Below, in pieces: positions 27,214 through 36,076 of a stretch of DNA of 64,000 nt; position 1 is the first letter of the stretch; every line of letters starts with the position of its first letter. Under the pieces are notes generated by a model. The model was not told where the DNA came from and did no database searches. It saw nothing but the letters and a program-made list of their open reading frames with translations. The position numbers were made by a program, and so were the translations under genes. Source of the DNA: a virus (Duplodnaviria; Heunggongvirae; Uroviricota; Caudoviricetes); the IMG/VR virus record IMGVR_UViG_3300021387_000529, positions 218,811 through 282,810 of that record, one strand, 5' to 3'.

Positions 27214-27486
27214 ATGGCTAAAGGAAAGCTTGACTTCAAACGCGAAGAACTTGTTGTTGGAACGCTTTATGGAATGTTTTTCCCTGAAAGAATAACAAAA
27301 ATCGTAAAAGAAGGAAAAGCTTCAGTTATTGTTGAACTTGCTGATTGTATGCATCCTGAATATAAAAAACTCGGAGTTTTTAAATTGGAGGAAACTGGTT
27401 TTTATGAGTGCAGAATTGAGTGTGGCAAAGAAGATTTTGAAGGCGCGGAGTTCTGGTTCAATGCCTATGAGCGAGAGGCTGCGTAA
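27214..27486 (+). CDS. hypothetical protein (90 aa)
   Basis: ORF with Shine-Dalgarno site aagaggagaccacaATG. Confidence 0.55.
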   Translation: MAKGKLDFKREELVVGTLYGMFFPERITKIVKEGKASVIVELADCMHPEYKKLGVFKLEETGFYECRIECGKEDFEGAEFWFNAYEREAA

Positions 27487-27814
27487 TCTCGAGTTTCTTC
27501 AGAATAAAGCAAATGCATATTACAAACAAATTGCTGATTTAAAAAGCGACTTGAAACGGATTGGCAAAAATCCGTTGGACATAAATAAATATGTTTCGTA
27601 TTCTCCTGGCGGCTATCATTTTTGGGAAGAAGAGGAAGACTTGTATAATTATCAAAAATATTATGCATATCTTATGTACTTCCGCAAACTCGTCAAACTT
27701 GTTGAGGATGAGATACGAAGACAAAAGAAACTGATAAAAGAGGAACATCGTGAACAGAATAGACGAAATCAAGAAAACCATAAAGCATCGCGCAGTCGTC
27801 CAAAAGATTGCTAA
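27461..27814 (+). CDS. hypothetical basic protein (about 117 aa; the track ORF starts at TTG 27329)
   Basis: Codon usage supports this frame only after about 27460. The ATG at 27461 overlaps the previous stop by 26 nt. Confidence 0.4.
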   Translation: MPMSERLRNLEFLQNKANAYYKQIADLKSDLKRIGKNPLDINKYVSYSPGGYHFWEEEEDLYNYQKYYAYLMYFRKLVKLVEDEIRRQKKLIKEEHREQNRRNQENHKASRSRPKDC

Positions 27815-28160
27815 AGAGCACGGTTACTCTTTCCCACTTCATGATTTCGTGAAGATGATTAACATTGCAATTTTTGGTGACAAAATTGCAACTAAAATTC
27901 ATCGTAAGTTCTCAAGTCATCATGCTCATATGAGACACATTAGAGTTTATTATGATGATGGAATGCATAAATGGTCTAAGGTTCAGCCTGCTGGAAGATT
28001 TATCAAAAATCAGGTAGAAGCAGCGGTTGACTGGGAAAGCGCCCGCTTCACTAAACCTGAAAAACCTTTGAATGCTTACCAAACTTGGAAGAAATATTAC
28101 TCAGACATAGACATGGAAGAAACCTTGAAGAAGTTGGGTTTTTGGGAAGAAAATTTTTGA
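27750..28160 (+). CDS. hypothetical protein (136 aa, GTG start)
   Basis: GTG preceded by the Shine-Dalgarno site aaaagaggaaca. Confidence 0.5.
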   Translation: MNRIDEIKKTIKHRAVVQKIAKEHGYSFPLHDFVKMINIAIFGDKIATKIHRKFSSHHAHMRHIRVYYDDGMHKWSKVQPAGRFIKNQVEAAVDWESARFTKPEKPLNAYQTWKKYYSDIDMEETLKKLGFWEENF

Positions 28161-28196
28161 ACAAAGACTAAACTTTTCATATATTATATCCGTAAA
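28152..28196 (+). promoter_or_regulatory. early-class promoter copy (TTGAAC 28157-28162, 17 bp spacer, TATATT 28180-28185)
   Basis: aaatttttgaacaaagactaaacttttcatatattatatccgtaa. Confidence 0.6.
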
Positions 28197-28224
28197 TCAA
28201 CATCAAACACTAAGGAGTTTTATT

Positions 28225-28527
28225 ATGGCACAGTTCTTCACTTCATACAATGTTTCTGACAAATGGGTTGTAGGTTTTAAGAAAAGCGAATACAACGGAA
28301 AAAATATCATTGTGTTTGGCGACAAGTCTTATGACTTTGATGAAATGTGTGGAATTAAGTGCCAGATAACGACTGGTTCATACTATGCTGAAGACATTGC
28401 AAACCATGCTGGAATGCTTTGGCTTGACAGCTCAGTTGACTCATGGAAAGTTTCTGCTGAAGATATGGTTATGGTTCGCAAAATCATTCATCTTGTTGAC
28501 ATTCTTGATGCTCAGGAGGCTGCATAA
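28225..28527 (+). CDS. hypothetical protein (100 aa)
   Basis: ORF with Shine-Dalgarno site ctaaggagttttattATG. Confidence 0.55.
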   Translation: MAQFFTSYNVSDKWVVGFKKSEYNGKNIIVFGDKSYDFDEMCGIKCQITTGSYYAEDIANHAGMLWLDSSVDSWKVSAEDMVMVRKIIHLVDILDAQEAA

Positions 28528-28811
28528 TGGCCATTAGTTTCACAGACTATGCGAAAAAACATGATGATGAAACACTCTATGATATTCTTTGTAAAGTGTT
28601 TCCGAAAGACTCAGTTTTTAAAACTGATAATGCAAATGTAGTTGAATTGTATTTCCAGAAAAATGGAGCTCCAGACTTTGTTGTCATTGGAACAGAAAAT
28701 GCTCGTCCAGTCTTCACTTACACAATTGAAGTTGAGCAGCTTCAGGAAGGTGGACCATATGAGATTCAAGGAATTCACAACATCCTGTCAAAATTGTCGG
28801 AGGCAGAATAA
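28527..28811 (+). CDS. hypothetical protein (94 aa)
   Basis: ORF with Shine-Dalgarno site caggaggctgcataATG, coupled to its neighbours. Confidence 0.55.
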   Translation: MAISFTDYAKKHDDETLYDILCKVFPKDSVFKTDNANVVELYFQKNGAPDFVVIGTENARPVFTYTIEVEQLQEGGPYEIQGIHNILSKLSEAE

Positions 28812-29413
28812 TGTTTAAAGTTGGTTCAGTAAATAAAGAGAAGCTTGAAAGTTTCGGCCTTCCTTGGAAAGTTTATGAGAACACTGAACTCTGGAAAGGT
28901 GGAAAAGCATTTTGCTTCCAATACCATAAAGGTGATGAAGACAAAATTGAAAACGTCATAAACTTCTTCAATACGTTTGTCAGCTACAACAAGATTGAGT
29001 CTAAGATAACACGCGCTGAAGCTGAAAAACATGCGAAGTGGCTCATTGATAGCAAAAACTATACATATCATTTGGACCCTAATGGAACACCTTTTGATGA
29101 GCTTTCAGAAGAAGACAAGATGGGAATTGGTTATTCGAGCTCAGGCAGTCGATGGTCTAAATGGACAGTTGATGAAATCTTACGCAAAAATGGCTGGTAC
29201 GATGATGACTTGGTTTGGTTTTCTTTGGAGAAAGACAACACCTACACATACCAGATAATTCTTCAAGATGGAATGTGGCTGTATTTTGCTCCATTTTTGA
29301 GCCATGATAATGAGCCATTTGGCTATGTAAAAAACACTGGAATTGAAGATGCAGCTCCACTTCCTTATATGTATGATTGGGCTGAAGTAAAGTTCTTGGA
29401 GGCAAACGCATGA
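28811..29413 (+). CDS. hypothetical protein (200 aa)
   Basis: ORF overlapping its neighbours by 1-4 nt. Confidence 0.55.
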   Translation: MFKVGSVNKEKLESFGLPWKVYENTELWKGGKAFCFQYHKGDEDKIENVINFFNTFVSYNKIESKITRAEAEKHAKWLIDSKNYTYHLDPNGTPFDELSEEDKMGIGYSSSGSRWSKWTVDEILRKNGWYDDDLVWFSLEKDNTYTYQIILQDGMWLYFAPFLSHDNEPFGYVKNTGIEDAAPLPYMYDWAEVKFLEANA

Positions 29414-29724
29414 TTACTGTTGAGCACAGAGACCGCGGAAATGACGAAGAAACTGTTTTCAGAACACAAGGCAATAAGCCTTTTACAGCTGGTGAGCTTA
29501 AAACTGTTCTTAACCAAATTCCTGAAGAGTTTAAGGACGCAGAAGTAAGAATTCAAGAATGTAGTAATGACTATAAAGTCAGAACAATCGTTTTTCGAAA
29601 TGAGAAAATTATGCCGCAAGATGGTGAACTCGACTTTGACAATCGTCGACGTTCAATCCATCTTTTTGGATGTGCAATTTTCAGAGGAGGAACAATCACA
29701 GATGCATATACTTTGGAGTCGTAA
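29410..29724 (+). CDS. hypothetical protein (104 aa)
   Basis: ORF. Confidence 0.5.
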   Translation: MITVEHRDRGNDEETVFRTQGNKPFTAGELKTVLNQIPEEFKDAEVRIQECSNDYKVRTIVFRNEKIMPQDGELDFDNRRRSIHLFGCAIFRGGTITDAYTLES

Positions 29725-30076
29725 ACACAGAGCAAATTGGGTTCGAGATACTGACAAGATTTTTGAGACTGAGCTTGATAAAGGCTCTCAATACTGGTGT
29801 CAGCTTCATAAAAAGCTTGATTGCTATCATTTCTGGAAAAAAGAGCTCAGCAGAATCCAAAATCATATCATTGAGACAAAAGGCGCGATGACTGCAATAT
29901 GGAGAATTAAGTCTTTGCGTTCTGACAGAGACTTGCTTCACTATGAGCTTTTGTATTTTCGTGAGATGTACATCGCCGCGCAAAAACAATGCCGAGCAGC
30001 AAAAAAGTTGATGATTGATGCTGACAGGGCATACAATCGATTTTCTAAAAATCCAGCAAACTATGGGAAGTGGTAA
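29702..30076 (+). CDS. hypothetical protein (124 aa; the track ORF starts at 29567)
   Basis: The ATG at 29702 is preceded by the Shine-Dalgarno site agaggagg. Confidence 0.45.
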   Translation: MHILWSRKHRANWVRDTDKIFETELDKGSQYWCQLHKKLDCYHFWKKELSRIQNHIIETKGAMTAIWRIKSLRSDRDLLHYELLYFREMYIAAQKQCRAAKKLMIDADRAYNRFSKNPANYGKW

Positions 30077-31141
30077 ATGGTAACATCTCTTATTAAAGAC
30101 ATTGCAACTGAAAAACAGAAATCTCAAAACTATTTCAGAATTGTTTTCAAAGAAAAAAATTGGAAAAGTCTTTTTCCAGAAGGCGATGAAAATTATATCA
30201 ATGATTGCGGTTTTATCTGGAATGCTGGTCTTTGGTGTTATGATACATGCGGTGTTCCAGATAAAGATGGCAATACTGTCGGCGTTACATACAAAGAAAG
30301 CGTTCATACTCGGTTAGACTATGACTATGAAAAACATGAGCATGTTACAAAAAACTATGGTTTCATATATGGTGACCGTGTAAAAATCCCAAGCTTCGAC
30401 CCGTTCAAAGACTCTTGGTTTTCGGATGACGGCATCAACAAGAAAAGTCTCACTGTTGAGCCAGTAAAATTTTCACCATTTGAGACACACTGTCATAAAG
30501 TTTTGAATGATGTCAACTATGATTGGAATGGCATCAGCAATACAGATGTTGAAGGAGACAATTCTTGGATTAATAAATCACATCTTGTAATGTCAACATT
30601 TATTTTTGACTATGCTGGAAAACAGCTTCGTAAAAAATATGGTGACTCTGTAAAATATACGTGCGATAAAGGTGAGTATTTATTTTATTACAAAGATGAA
30701 AGCTGGAATACGATCATTGGGCACGGATGTTCATGGGAAGTTTACATCCCCGACAATCAAGACATCACAAAACGTGATATGGAAAAATTGGTTGGTGAAA
30801 CTGGAATTATTGAGCTCTTAGAAAAAGCTTACCAGAATGAGTTTGACTTCATTGTTTCAAAGAAAACCATCAAACCTCGAAAAAACAGACTTGGTGGAAG
30901 ACCAGAAATCAATGTTGATAAGCTTACAGACATGTGCGGAGTTGAAATTGAAGCTGGTGACATGATTGCCTATCCTTATAGCCGTGGAAAATATGACTAT
31001 GGCCTTGGATATGCTATTGTCAAAGAGTTCTCTGGAAAGTATGTTGTGCATGTGAATGGAAAAACATGCGCAAGCAAAGTTTTGGTAATAAAACCAAAAA
31101 ATTCTGAAAAAATATTGCCATTTCAAACAGATGGCAATTAA
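30077..31141 (+). CDS. hypothetical protein (354 aa)
   Basis: ORF. Confidence 0.55.
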   Translation: MVTSLIKDIATEKQKSQNYFRIVFKEKNWKSLFPEGDENYINDCGFIWNAGLWCYDTCGVPDKDGNTVGVTYKESVHTRLDYDYEKHEHVTKNYGFIYGDRVKIPSFDPFKDSWFSDDGINKKSLTVEPVKFSPFETHCHKVLNDVNYDWNGISNTDVEGDNSWINKSHLVMSTFIFDYAGKQLRKKYGDSVKYTCDKGEYLFYYKDESWNTIIGHGCSWEVYIPDNQDITKRDMEKLVGETGIIELLEKAYQNEFDFIVSKKTIKPRKNRLGGRPEINVDKLTDMCGVEIEAGDMIAYPYSRGKYDYGLGYAIVKEFSGKYVVHVNGKTCASKVLVIKPKNSEKILPFQTDGN

Positions 31142-31181
31142 TATATAAAATAATAATAATAATTTTTAAGGAGGTTGACAA

Positions 31182-32825
31182 GTGTTAATTTTGTCAGCAA
31201 TTATTGGTGGAGGAATTCTCGCAATCCTCATTCTTATCATGTTTTTTGTTGGATATTTCAAAGCTCCAACAAATAAATGTTTTGTTATTTCGGGTTTGCG
31301 CAAGAATGCACGAAAAGTTATTGGAAAGTCTGGCTTCAGGATTCCGTTCCTCGAGCGTAAGGATGAGCTTACTCTTGAGTTGATTTCAGTTGATGTAAAG
31401 ACACAGGAAGCTGTTCCAACTGCAGAATGTATCAATATCTCAGTTGATGCTGTAGCGAACATCAAGATTGGTACTTCTGATGAAATGTTGCAGAAAGCAT
31501 CACAGAACTTCTTAAACCAGGATGTACGATATATCAACAGCGTTGCTCGCGAAGTTCTTGAAGGTAACTTGCGTGAAATTGTTGGTACCATGACTTTGAA
31601 AGCCATGATGAATGACCGCAAAACTTTTGCTGAGAAGGTTCAGGAAAATGCAGTTCCAGACCTTAACAAAATGGGTCTTGAGATTGTATCATTCAATGTA
31701 CAGAACTTCAGCGATGAGCAGGGTGTAATCAACAACCTTGGTATCGATAACATCGCAACTATTCAGAAGAACGCATCAATTGCAAAAGCAAATGCTAACA
31801 AAGAAGTTGCTGTTGCAGAAGCAAAAGCTCGTGAAGAGTCAAATGACGCAAAGGTTGCTGCTGATACTGCAATTGCTGAAAAGAACAATGCTCTTGAAGT
31901 TCGTAAAGCCGAACTTGAAGCTGAACGTTTGAAGCAGATTGCAAAAGCTGAAGCTGCAGGTGCAATTGAGAAAGAAACACAGCGTAAGACTGTTGAGGTT
32001 ACAAAACAGGAAGCTGAGATTGCCCGCTTGCAGAAAGAGAATGACTTGAAAGAGCAGGAAATCTCAATCAAGGAAAAAGCACTTGATGCTGAAATCAAGA
32101 AACAGGCCGATGCTGAAAAGTATGCTGCTCAGACTCGTGCTGATGCTGAACTTTATGAACGTACAAAAGCCGCTGAAGCTGAAAAGATTGAGAAAGAGCG
32201 CAATGCTGAAGCAAACCTCATTGCTCTCCAGAAGAAAGCTGAAGCTGATAAATACGAGCAGGAAAAAGCCGCTGAAGCTTTGGTTGCAAGGTCTGAAGCT
32301 GAAAAACAGCAGAAGTTGAATGAAGCTGAAGGTCAGAAAGCTCTTGCTGAAGCTATCCAGGCCAAGGGTGAAGCTGAAGCTGCTGCTGTAAAAGCTAAAC
32401 TCGAAGCTGAAGCTGAAGGTCTTCGTAAGAAAGCACTTGCTGAAGCTGAAGGTTTGAAACAGAAAGGTTTGGCTGAGGCTGAAGCAATCAACAAGAAAGC
32501 TGAAGCTCTCGCAAAGATGAATGAAACTGGTAAAATGGACATGCAGTTGGAAGCACTGAAAGCGCTCTTCAGCCAGTTGCCAGCAATGTATGAAGCAGCT
32601 GCCAAACCTTGGGAGAAAGTTGGAAACATCACAATGTACAGTGGTGGAAAAGATGGTGGTGACAACCTTCTTACAGGCAACATCACTAAGACAATCACTC
32701 AGGTTGGTGCAGGTCTTAAAGACTCGCTTGGTATCGACCTTGGAGACGTTGTTAAGGGCCTTGTTGGTGGAAAGCTTGTTGGTTCAGAAGTTGCGAAAGC
32801 ACTTTCAACAAAAGACAAAGCATAA
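31182..32825 (+). CDS. flotillin-like SPFH/band-7 membrane scaffold protein (FloT/YuaG-type)
   Basis: GTG start after the Shine-Dalgarno site AAGGAGG. The protein has an N-terminal transmembrane helix, an SPFH domain (FVISGLRKNARKVIGKSGF...LEIVSFNVQNF), a ~250-aa Ala/Glu/Lys-rich coiled coil (EA repeats), and a Gly-rich C-terminus. Its architecture and 547-aa length match bacterial flotillin. Confidence 0.8.
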   Translation: MLILSAIIGGGILAILILIMFFVGYFKAPTNKCFVISGLRKNARKVIGKSGFRIPFLERKDELTLELISVDVKTQEAVPTAECINISVDAVANIKIGTSDEMLQKASQNFLNQDVRYINSVAREVLEGNLREIVGTMTLKAMMNDRKTFAEKVQENAVPDLNKMGLEIVSFNVQNFSDEQGVINNLGIDNIATIQKNASIAKANANKEVAVAEAKAREESNDAKVAADTAIAEKNNALEVRKAELEAERLKQIAKAEAAGAIEKETQRKTVEVTKQEAEIARLQKENDLKEQEISIKEKALDAEIKKQADAEKYAAQTRADAELYERTKAAEAEKIEKERNAEANLIALQKKAEADKYEQEKAAEALVARSEAEKQQKLNEAEGQKALAEAIQAKGEAEAAAVKAKLEAEAEGLRKKALAEAEGLKQKGLAEAEAINKKAEALAKMNETGKMDMQLEALKALFSQLPAMYEAAAKPWEKVGNITMYSGGKDGGDNLLTGNITKTITQVGAGLKDSLGIDLGDVVKGLVGGKLVGSEVAKALSTKDKA

Positions 32826-32841
32826 CATAAGCTTTTAAGTG

Positions 32842-32870
32842 AAGGGACCACGAAAGTGGTCCTTTTTTCA
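32842..32870 (+). terminator. rho-independent terminator
   Basis: gggaccac-gaaa-gtggtcc followed by tttttt. Confidence 0.7.
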
Positions 32871-32901
32871 TTAATCTATATTCATAAAGGAGAAACAAAA
32901 A

Positions 32902-33192
32902 ATGAGTGATGCTTTTGATTGTACAAAAGAAGAACATATTTTCAGAAAGAAGCCTGTAACTGTTGCAGCGATTGGTTGGAATGGTAAAAACTTTGATGCA
33001 GTGAAAAAATTTGCAGGCGATAATGTTCATCTTGAAAATGGCGAGTTGGTTATCAGAACTTTGGAAGATGGCGTTGATGGAAAAGCAAAGCATGTAGCGA
33101 CAATTGGAGATTTTGTCATTCGCGGCGTTAAAGGTGAATTCTATTTTTGTAAGCCAGACATCTTTGAGCAAACATATGAGGTAGTTGAGTGA
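32902..33192 (+). CDS. hypothetical protein (96 aa)
   Basis: ORF with Shine-Dalgarno site aaaggagaaacaaaaaATG. Confidence 0.5.
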   Translation: MSDAFDCTKEEHIFRKKPVTVAAIGWNGKNFDAVKKFAGDNVHLENGELVIRTLEDGVDGKAKHVATIGDFVIRGVKGEFYFCKPDIFEQTYEVVE

Positions 33193-33902
33193 TAACTATA
33201 AAAGAATACACGACGAAAGTTCCTCTCCAAATGATTGGAGAGTTTTCCGGTATTTGTTGGGGAGCAAACATTGAAGACAGACAGAAAAACATAAAACGTG
33301 CCTGGGACTGTATCGAAAGTGGGCATGGTAGAACTGAAGAATTTCCAGATGTCTATGTTGTCATAGATGGATATTCAGCAAAATGCCTTCGTGAGTTGTA
33401 CACACATATTGGTGGAAGCCCAACAAGATTGCAAGCTTCAACTCGCTATATTGACTATGAAAAGAAAGGCGTTGATGTTGTAATACCATCTTCAATTGAA
33501 AAAAATCAAGATGCTTTGGCTGTATGGAATTCAACTATTGAAACAGTCAGAAGTGCGATGAGAATACTGAAAGACTATGGTATTCCAAATGAAGACTTGA
33601 CGAATTTATTGCCTCTTGCGTATCGAAGTAAAATGGTTTGGAAAGTCAATCTTCGTACTTTAGTAAACTTCTTCGGAATGCGTTTGTGTAATCGTGCATA
33701 TTGGGAAATTAGAGCACTTGCTAAAGAATTGAAAGATGCTTTGAGTGAATATTCGCCAGAATGGAAAGAAATTGCTGATGCTCTATTTGTTCCAAAATGT
33801 GTTCATGTTGGTTTCTGCACAGAAGCAAAAAGCTGCCATTATAGACCGCCAAAAAATGAAATAAAAATTGTTTGGGAAGGAGGAAATTATGACCCTCAAT
33901 AA
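33189..33902 (+). CDS. thyX: flavin-dependent thymidylate synthase ThyX-like
   Basis: SGHGRTEEF...ELYTHIGGSPTRLQASTRY approximates the ThyX RHR...S...S.RY motif. NLRTLVNFFGMRLCNRAYWEIRALAKEL matches the conserved ThyX (N)ARELxHFxxLRxxxxAQWEIR block. Confidence 0.65.
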   Translation: MITIKEYTTKVPLQMIGEFSGICWGANIEDRQKNIKRAWDCIESGHGRTEEFPDVYVVIDGYSAKCLRELYTHIGGSPTRLQASTRYIDYEKKGVDVVIPSSIEKNQDALAVWNSTIETVRSAMRILKDYGIPNEDLTNLLPLAYRSKMVWKVNLRTLVNFFGMRLCNRAYWEIRALAKELKDALSEYSPEWKEIADALFVPKCVHVGFCTEAKSCHYRPPKNEIKIVWEGGNYDPQ

Positions 33903-34344
33903 AATAAAAGGTGATATTTTCAGCCAGATTGGATATTCAATTGCTTTTGCAGTTGATGCAACTTACAGATGTGATGTCGGTATCTGTAAGCAACTCGATG
34001 ATAAGTTTCGTGTTGAAGCTCTTTTGAAGTCATTGCCTGAAGAGGCAACAAAATGGAAAGGAAAAGGTTACTGTATTGCATTTACTTCAGGAACTCAAGA
34101 CTTATATGCTCTTGTCGTTAAGTCACTTCCACAGAAATATCCAGACTATTCAAACATCAAAGAAGCTCTTATGAGTTTGGCAGCAGATGTTGCACGAAAA
34201 AGCAGCATTCTTACGCCTAAAATTGCTATGCCTAAGATTTGCTGCGGAATTTATGACAGACGAGATTGGGATAAAATTGAAAGTCTTATCATTGATGTTT
34301 TCAAAGGCATTGATTGTGAAATTTTAATTGTTGAAAAAGACTAA
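33889..34344 (+). CDS. hypothetical protein (151 aa); weak macro-domain-like N-terminus, not confirmed
   Basis: ATG at 33889 with Shine-Dalgarno site GGAAGGAGG (the track uses TTG 33868). Confidence 0.5.
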   Translation: MTLNKIKGDIFSQIGYSIAFAVDATYRCDVGICKQLDDKFRVEALLKSLPEEATKWKGKGYCIAFTSGTQDLYALVVKSLPQKYPDYSNIKEALMSLAADVARKSSILTPKIAMPKICCGIYDRRDWDKIESLIIDVFKGIDCEILIVEKD

Positions 34345-34345
34345 A

Positions 34346-34392
34346 ATTTTTTGAACTAGTCACATAATTTTCATATATTATATCCGTAACAA
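34346..34392 (+). promoter_or_regulatory. early-class promoter copy (TTGAAC 34351-34356, 17 bp spacer, TATATT 34374-34379)
   Basis: tttttgaactagtcacataattttcatatattatatccgtaa. Confidence 0.6.
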
Positions 34393-34412
34393 ACGCTATG
34401 GAGGTTGCGGAT

Positions 34413-34751
34413 ATGGTATACACTTCAAAAGAAGCAATTGTAAAACAGATGAGAGCTCAGCTTTCGGTTCGTTCAGACATTCGCAAAAGAGCTCTTCTTC
34501 GCATCTTCCAGAATCAGACATTCGACGAACAGAAGTCTGAGTCAACTAACAAATACAATGGTGTTGGTTTCACAGGAGCTGACGCGCCATTACTTTCATC
34601 ATTTGCAAAACAGCTCAAATATAAAGGTTATCTTTCTGAAAAACAGGATGCAATTCTCAAAAGAAAAATTATCAAATATGCACGCCAGCTTGTAAACGGT
34701 TCAATTGCTGAAGGCAAAATCCGTGAAGTCAATGGCAAATATGTTTGGTAA
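34413..34751 (+). CDS. hypothetical protein (112 aa)
   Basis: ATG at 34413 after the Shine-Dalgarno site GGAGGT (the track starts at 34398, inside the Shine-Dalgarno site). Confidence 0.5.
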   Translation: MVYTSKEAIVKQMRAQLSVRSDIRKRALLRIFQNQTFDEQKSESTNKYNGVGFTGADAPLLSSFAKQLKYKGYLSEKQDAILKRKIIKYARQLVNGSIAEGKIREVNGKYVW

Positions 34752-34770
34752 AAATGTGGGAGGTTTTCTT

Positions 34771-34905
34771 ATGGAAAAGAATAAGAAAAAGTTTTTGAAG
34801 GCTCTTAAAGAAGCCATCAAGAAAGGTTCTTACGATTGGGAAACAGCAATCGAACACACAGCTTCAAAAATCGCAGACTATCCACAAGCTCTTCTTTGGA
34901 GGTAA
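34771..34905 (+). CDS. hypothetical small protein (44 aa; the track ORF starts at 34705)
   Basis: ATG with a strong Shine-Dalgarno site gggaggttttcttATG. Confidence 0.4.
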   Translation: MEKNKKKFLKALKEAIKKGSYDWETAIEHTASKIADYPQALLWR

Positions 34906-34908
34906 AAA

Positions 34909-35223
34909 ATGAAAAAAGTTTTGATGTATGTTGCAGTTGCTATTCTGGCAATTCCATTTACATACGCAGCTGTAAAAGCAGCTGATAAACAGTGGGAATA
35001 CAAGACACGCCAAACTCTTGAATACATGGTCAACCATGACTACGAAGGCATCACACCTGAACTTCTTTCTGAAATCAAAAAATGTATGCCGAATGGTTTC
35101 AAATTTGAAGAATGGGGACATCCTGAATTTGACTGTGATGGACATTGTGACTTCGATGCAATGGTCGCAACTGGCATCAATGAAAAAGACGAACTTAACA
35201 GAATTATGAAAGGAAGCTATTAA
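34909..35223 (+). CDS. small secreted or membrane protein (N-terminal signal or transmembrane helix; 104 aa)
   Basis: MKKVLMYVAVAILAIPFTYAAVKA hydrophobic N-terminus with Shine-Dalgarno site ggaggtaaaaaATG. Confidence 0.55.
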   Translation: MKKVLMYVAVAILAIPFTYAAVKAADKQWEYKTRQTLEYMVNHDYEGITPELLSEIKKCMPNGFKFEEWGHPEFDCDGHCDFDAMVATGINEKDELNRIMKGSY

Positions 35224-35233
35224 TATAATATCT

Positions 35234-35695
35234 ATGTGGTATTATATTAGAAGTTATCCAAGCGCACATTATTTTCTTAACCTTTGTGGTCATTATTCAT
35301 TAACAGAAGAAAAAAGCATTGCTTCTCGCTGGGATGAAAAAGGCCACAAAGCCATGTGGTATTTTTTACATGAGCTTCGAGCATCCACAAATCAAGAATG
35401 GGTTGTTGTTGACATTTATGGTGAAATCATAAAAGAACCTAAAGAAGCCCGCACATTCCTAATTACAAAAATAAACACAATTGAAAATGTTGAGTTTGAA
35501 GTGACACTTGAAGAAAAGACATTTAATGAAGAATTCAACGACAATAAACCTATCCCATCTGACATTTTCTATTCTGAGCTCCGTATAAATGGAGAAATAA
35601 AATTCCTACCTATCGCAAAAGTAAACGGAAAGTTTTACAGATATAAACATTGTCTTCCAGCAAAAGACATGACAGAACGAATGTGGAGATGGTAA
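35234..35695 (+). CDS. hypothetical protein (153 aa, start uncertain)
   Basis: ORF with no clear Shine-Dalgarno site at the first ATG. Confidence 0.45.
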   Translation: MWYYIRSYPSAHYFLNLCGHYSLTEEKSIASRWDEKGHKAMWYFLHELRASTNQEWVVVDIYGEIIKEPKEARTFLITKINTIENVEFEVTLEEKTFNEEFNDNKPIPSDIFYSELRINGEIKFLPIAKVNGKFYRYKHCLPAKDMTERMWRW

Positions 35696-36055
35696 ATGAA
35701 AGAACTTCCAATGGGATTTAATGGAGAGTCGAATAGGCGAGCTCCAGCTATGAGTTATTCCCAATCTATTGGGTGGAAAGGCAATACTCGCATTGAATAT
35801 GTAATTGTTCAAGATGAATATGGCTACTCAGACGAAAGCGGCGAAACATTAAACCGAGTAAAAGTTGAGAAGATTGAGCAGCATTGCCCAGATGGAAAAG
35901 CATATGGACTTTTCTCAGGATGCCCACAGATAAAAGTCATAAATCTGTATATGAATAAAGAAGGCGATGCTTATAAAACTTGGAAAGGAAAACTAAAAGG
36001 AAAGCCAGTTTGTAATTTTTATCGCGGTGTTGTATATGACAATGGGCGTGGTTAA
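35696..36055 (+). CDS. hypothetical protein (119 aa)
   Basis: ORF coupled to the upstream gene. Confidence 0.5.
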   Translation: MKELPMGFNGESNRRAPAMSYSQSIGWKGNTRIEYVIVQDEYGYSDESGETLNRVKVEKIEQHCPDGKAYGLFSGCPQIKVINLYMNKEGDAYKTWKGKLKGKPVCNFYRGVVYDNGRG

Positions 36056-36076
36056 TATTATAAATAGAGGAAAATA

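Noticed and set aside
31763-32698. ORFs antisense to or frame-shifted within the flotillin coiled-coil region (31738..31932, 31763..32098, 31795..31980, 32083..32319, 32333..32698).
   Set aside because: GCT/GAA repeat composition keeps alternative frames open. The flotillin reading frame has the clear domain architecture.
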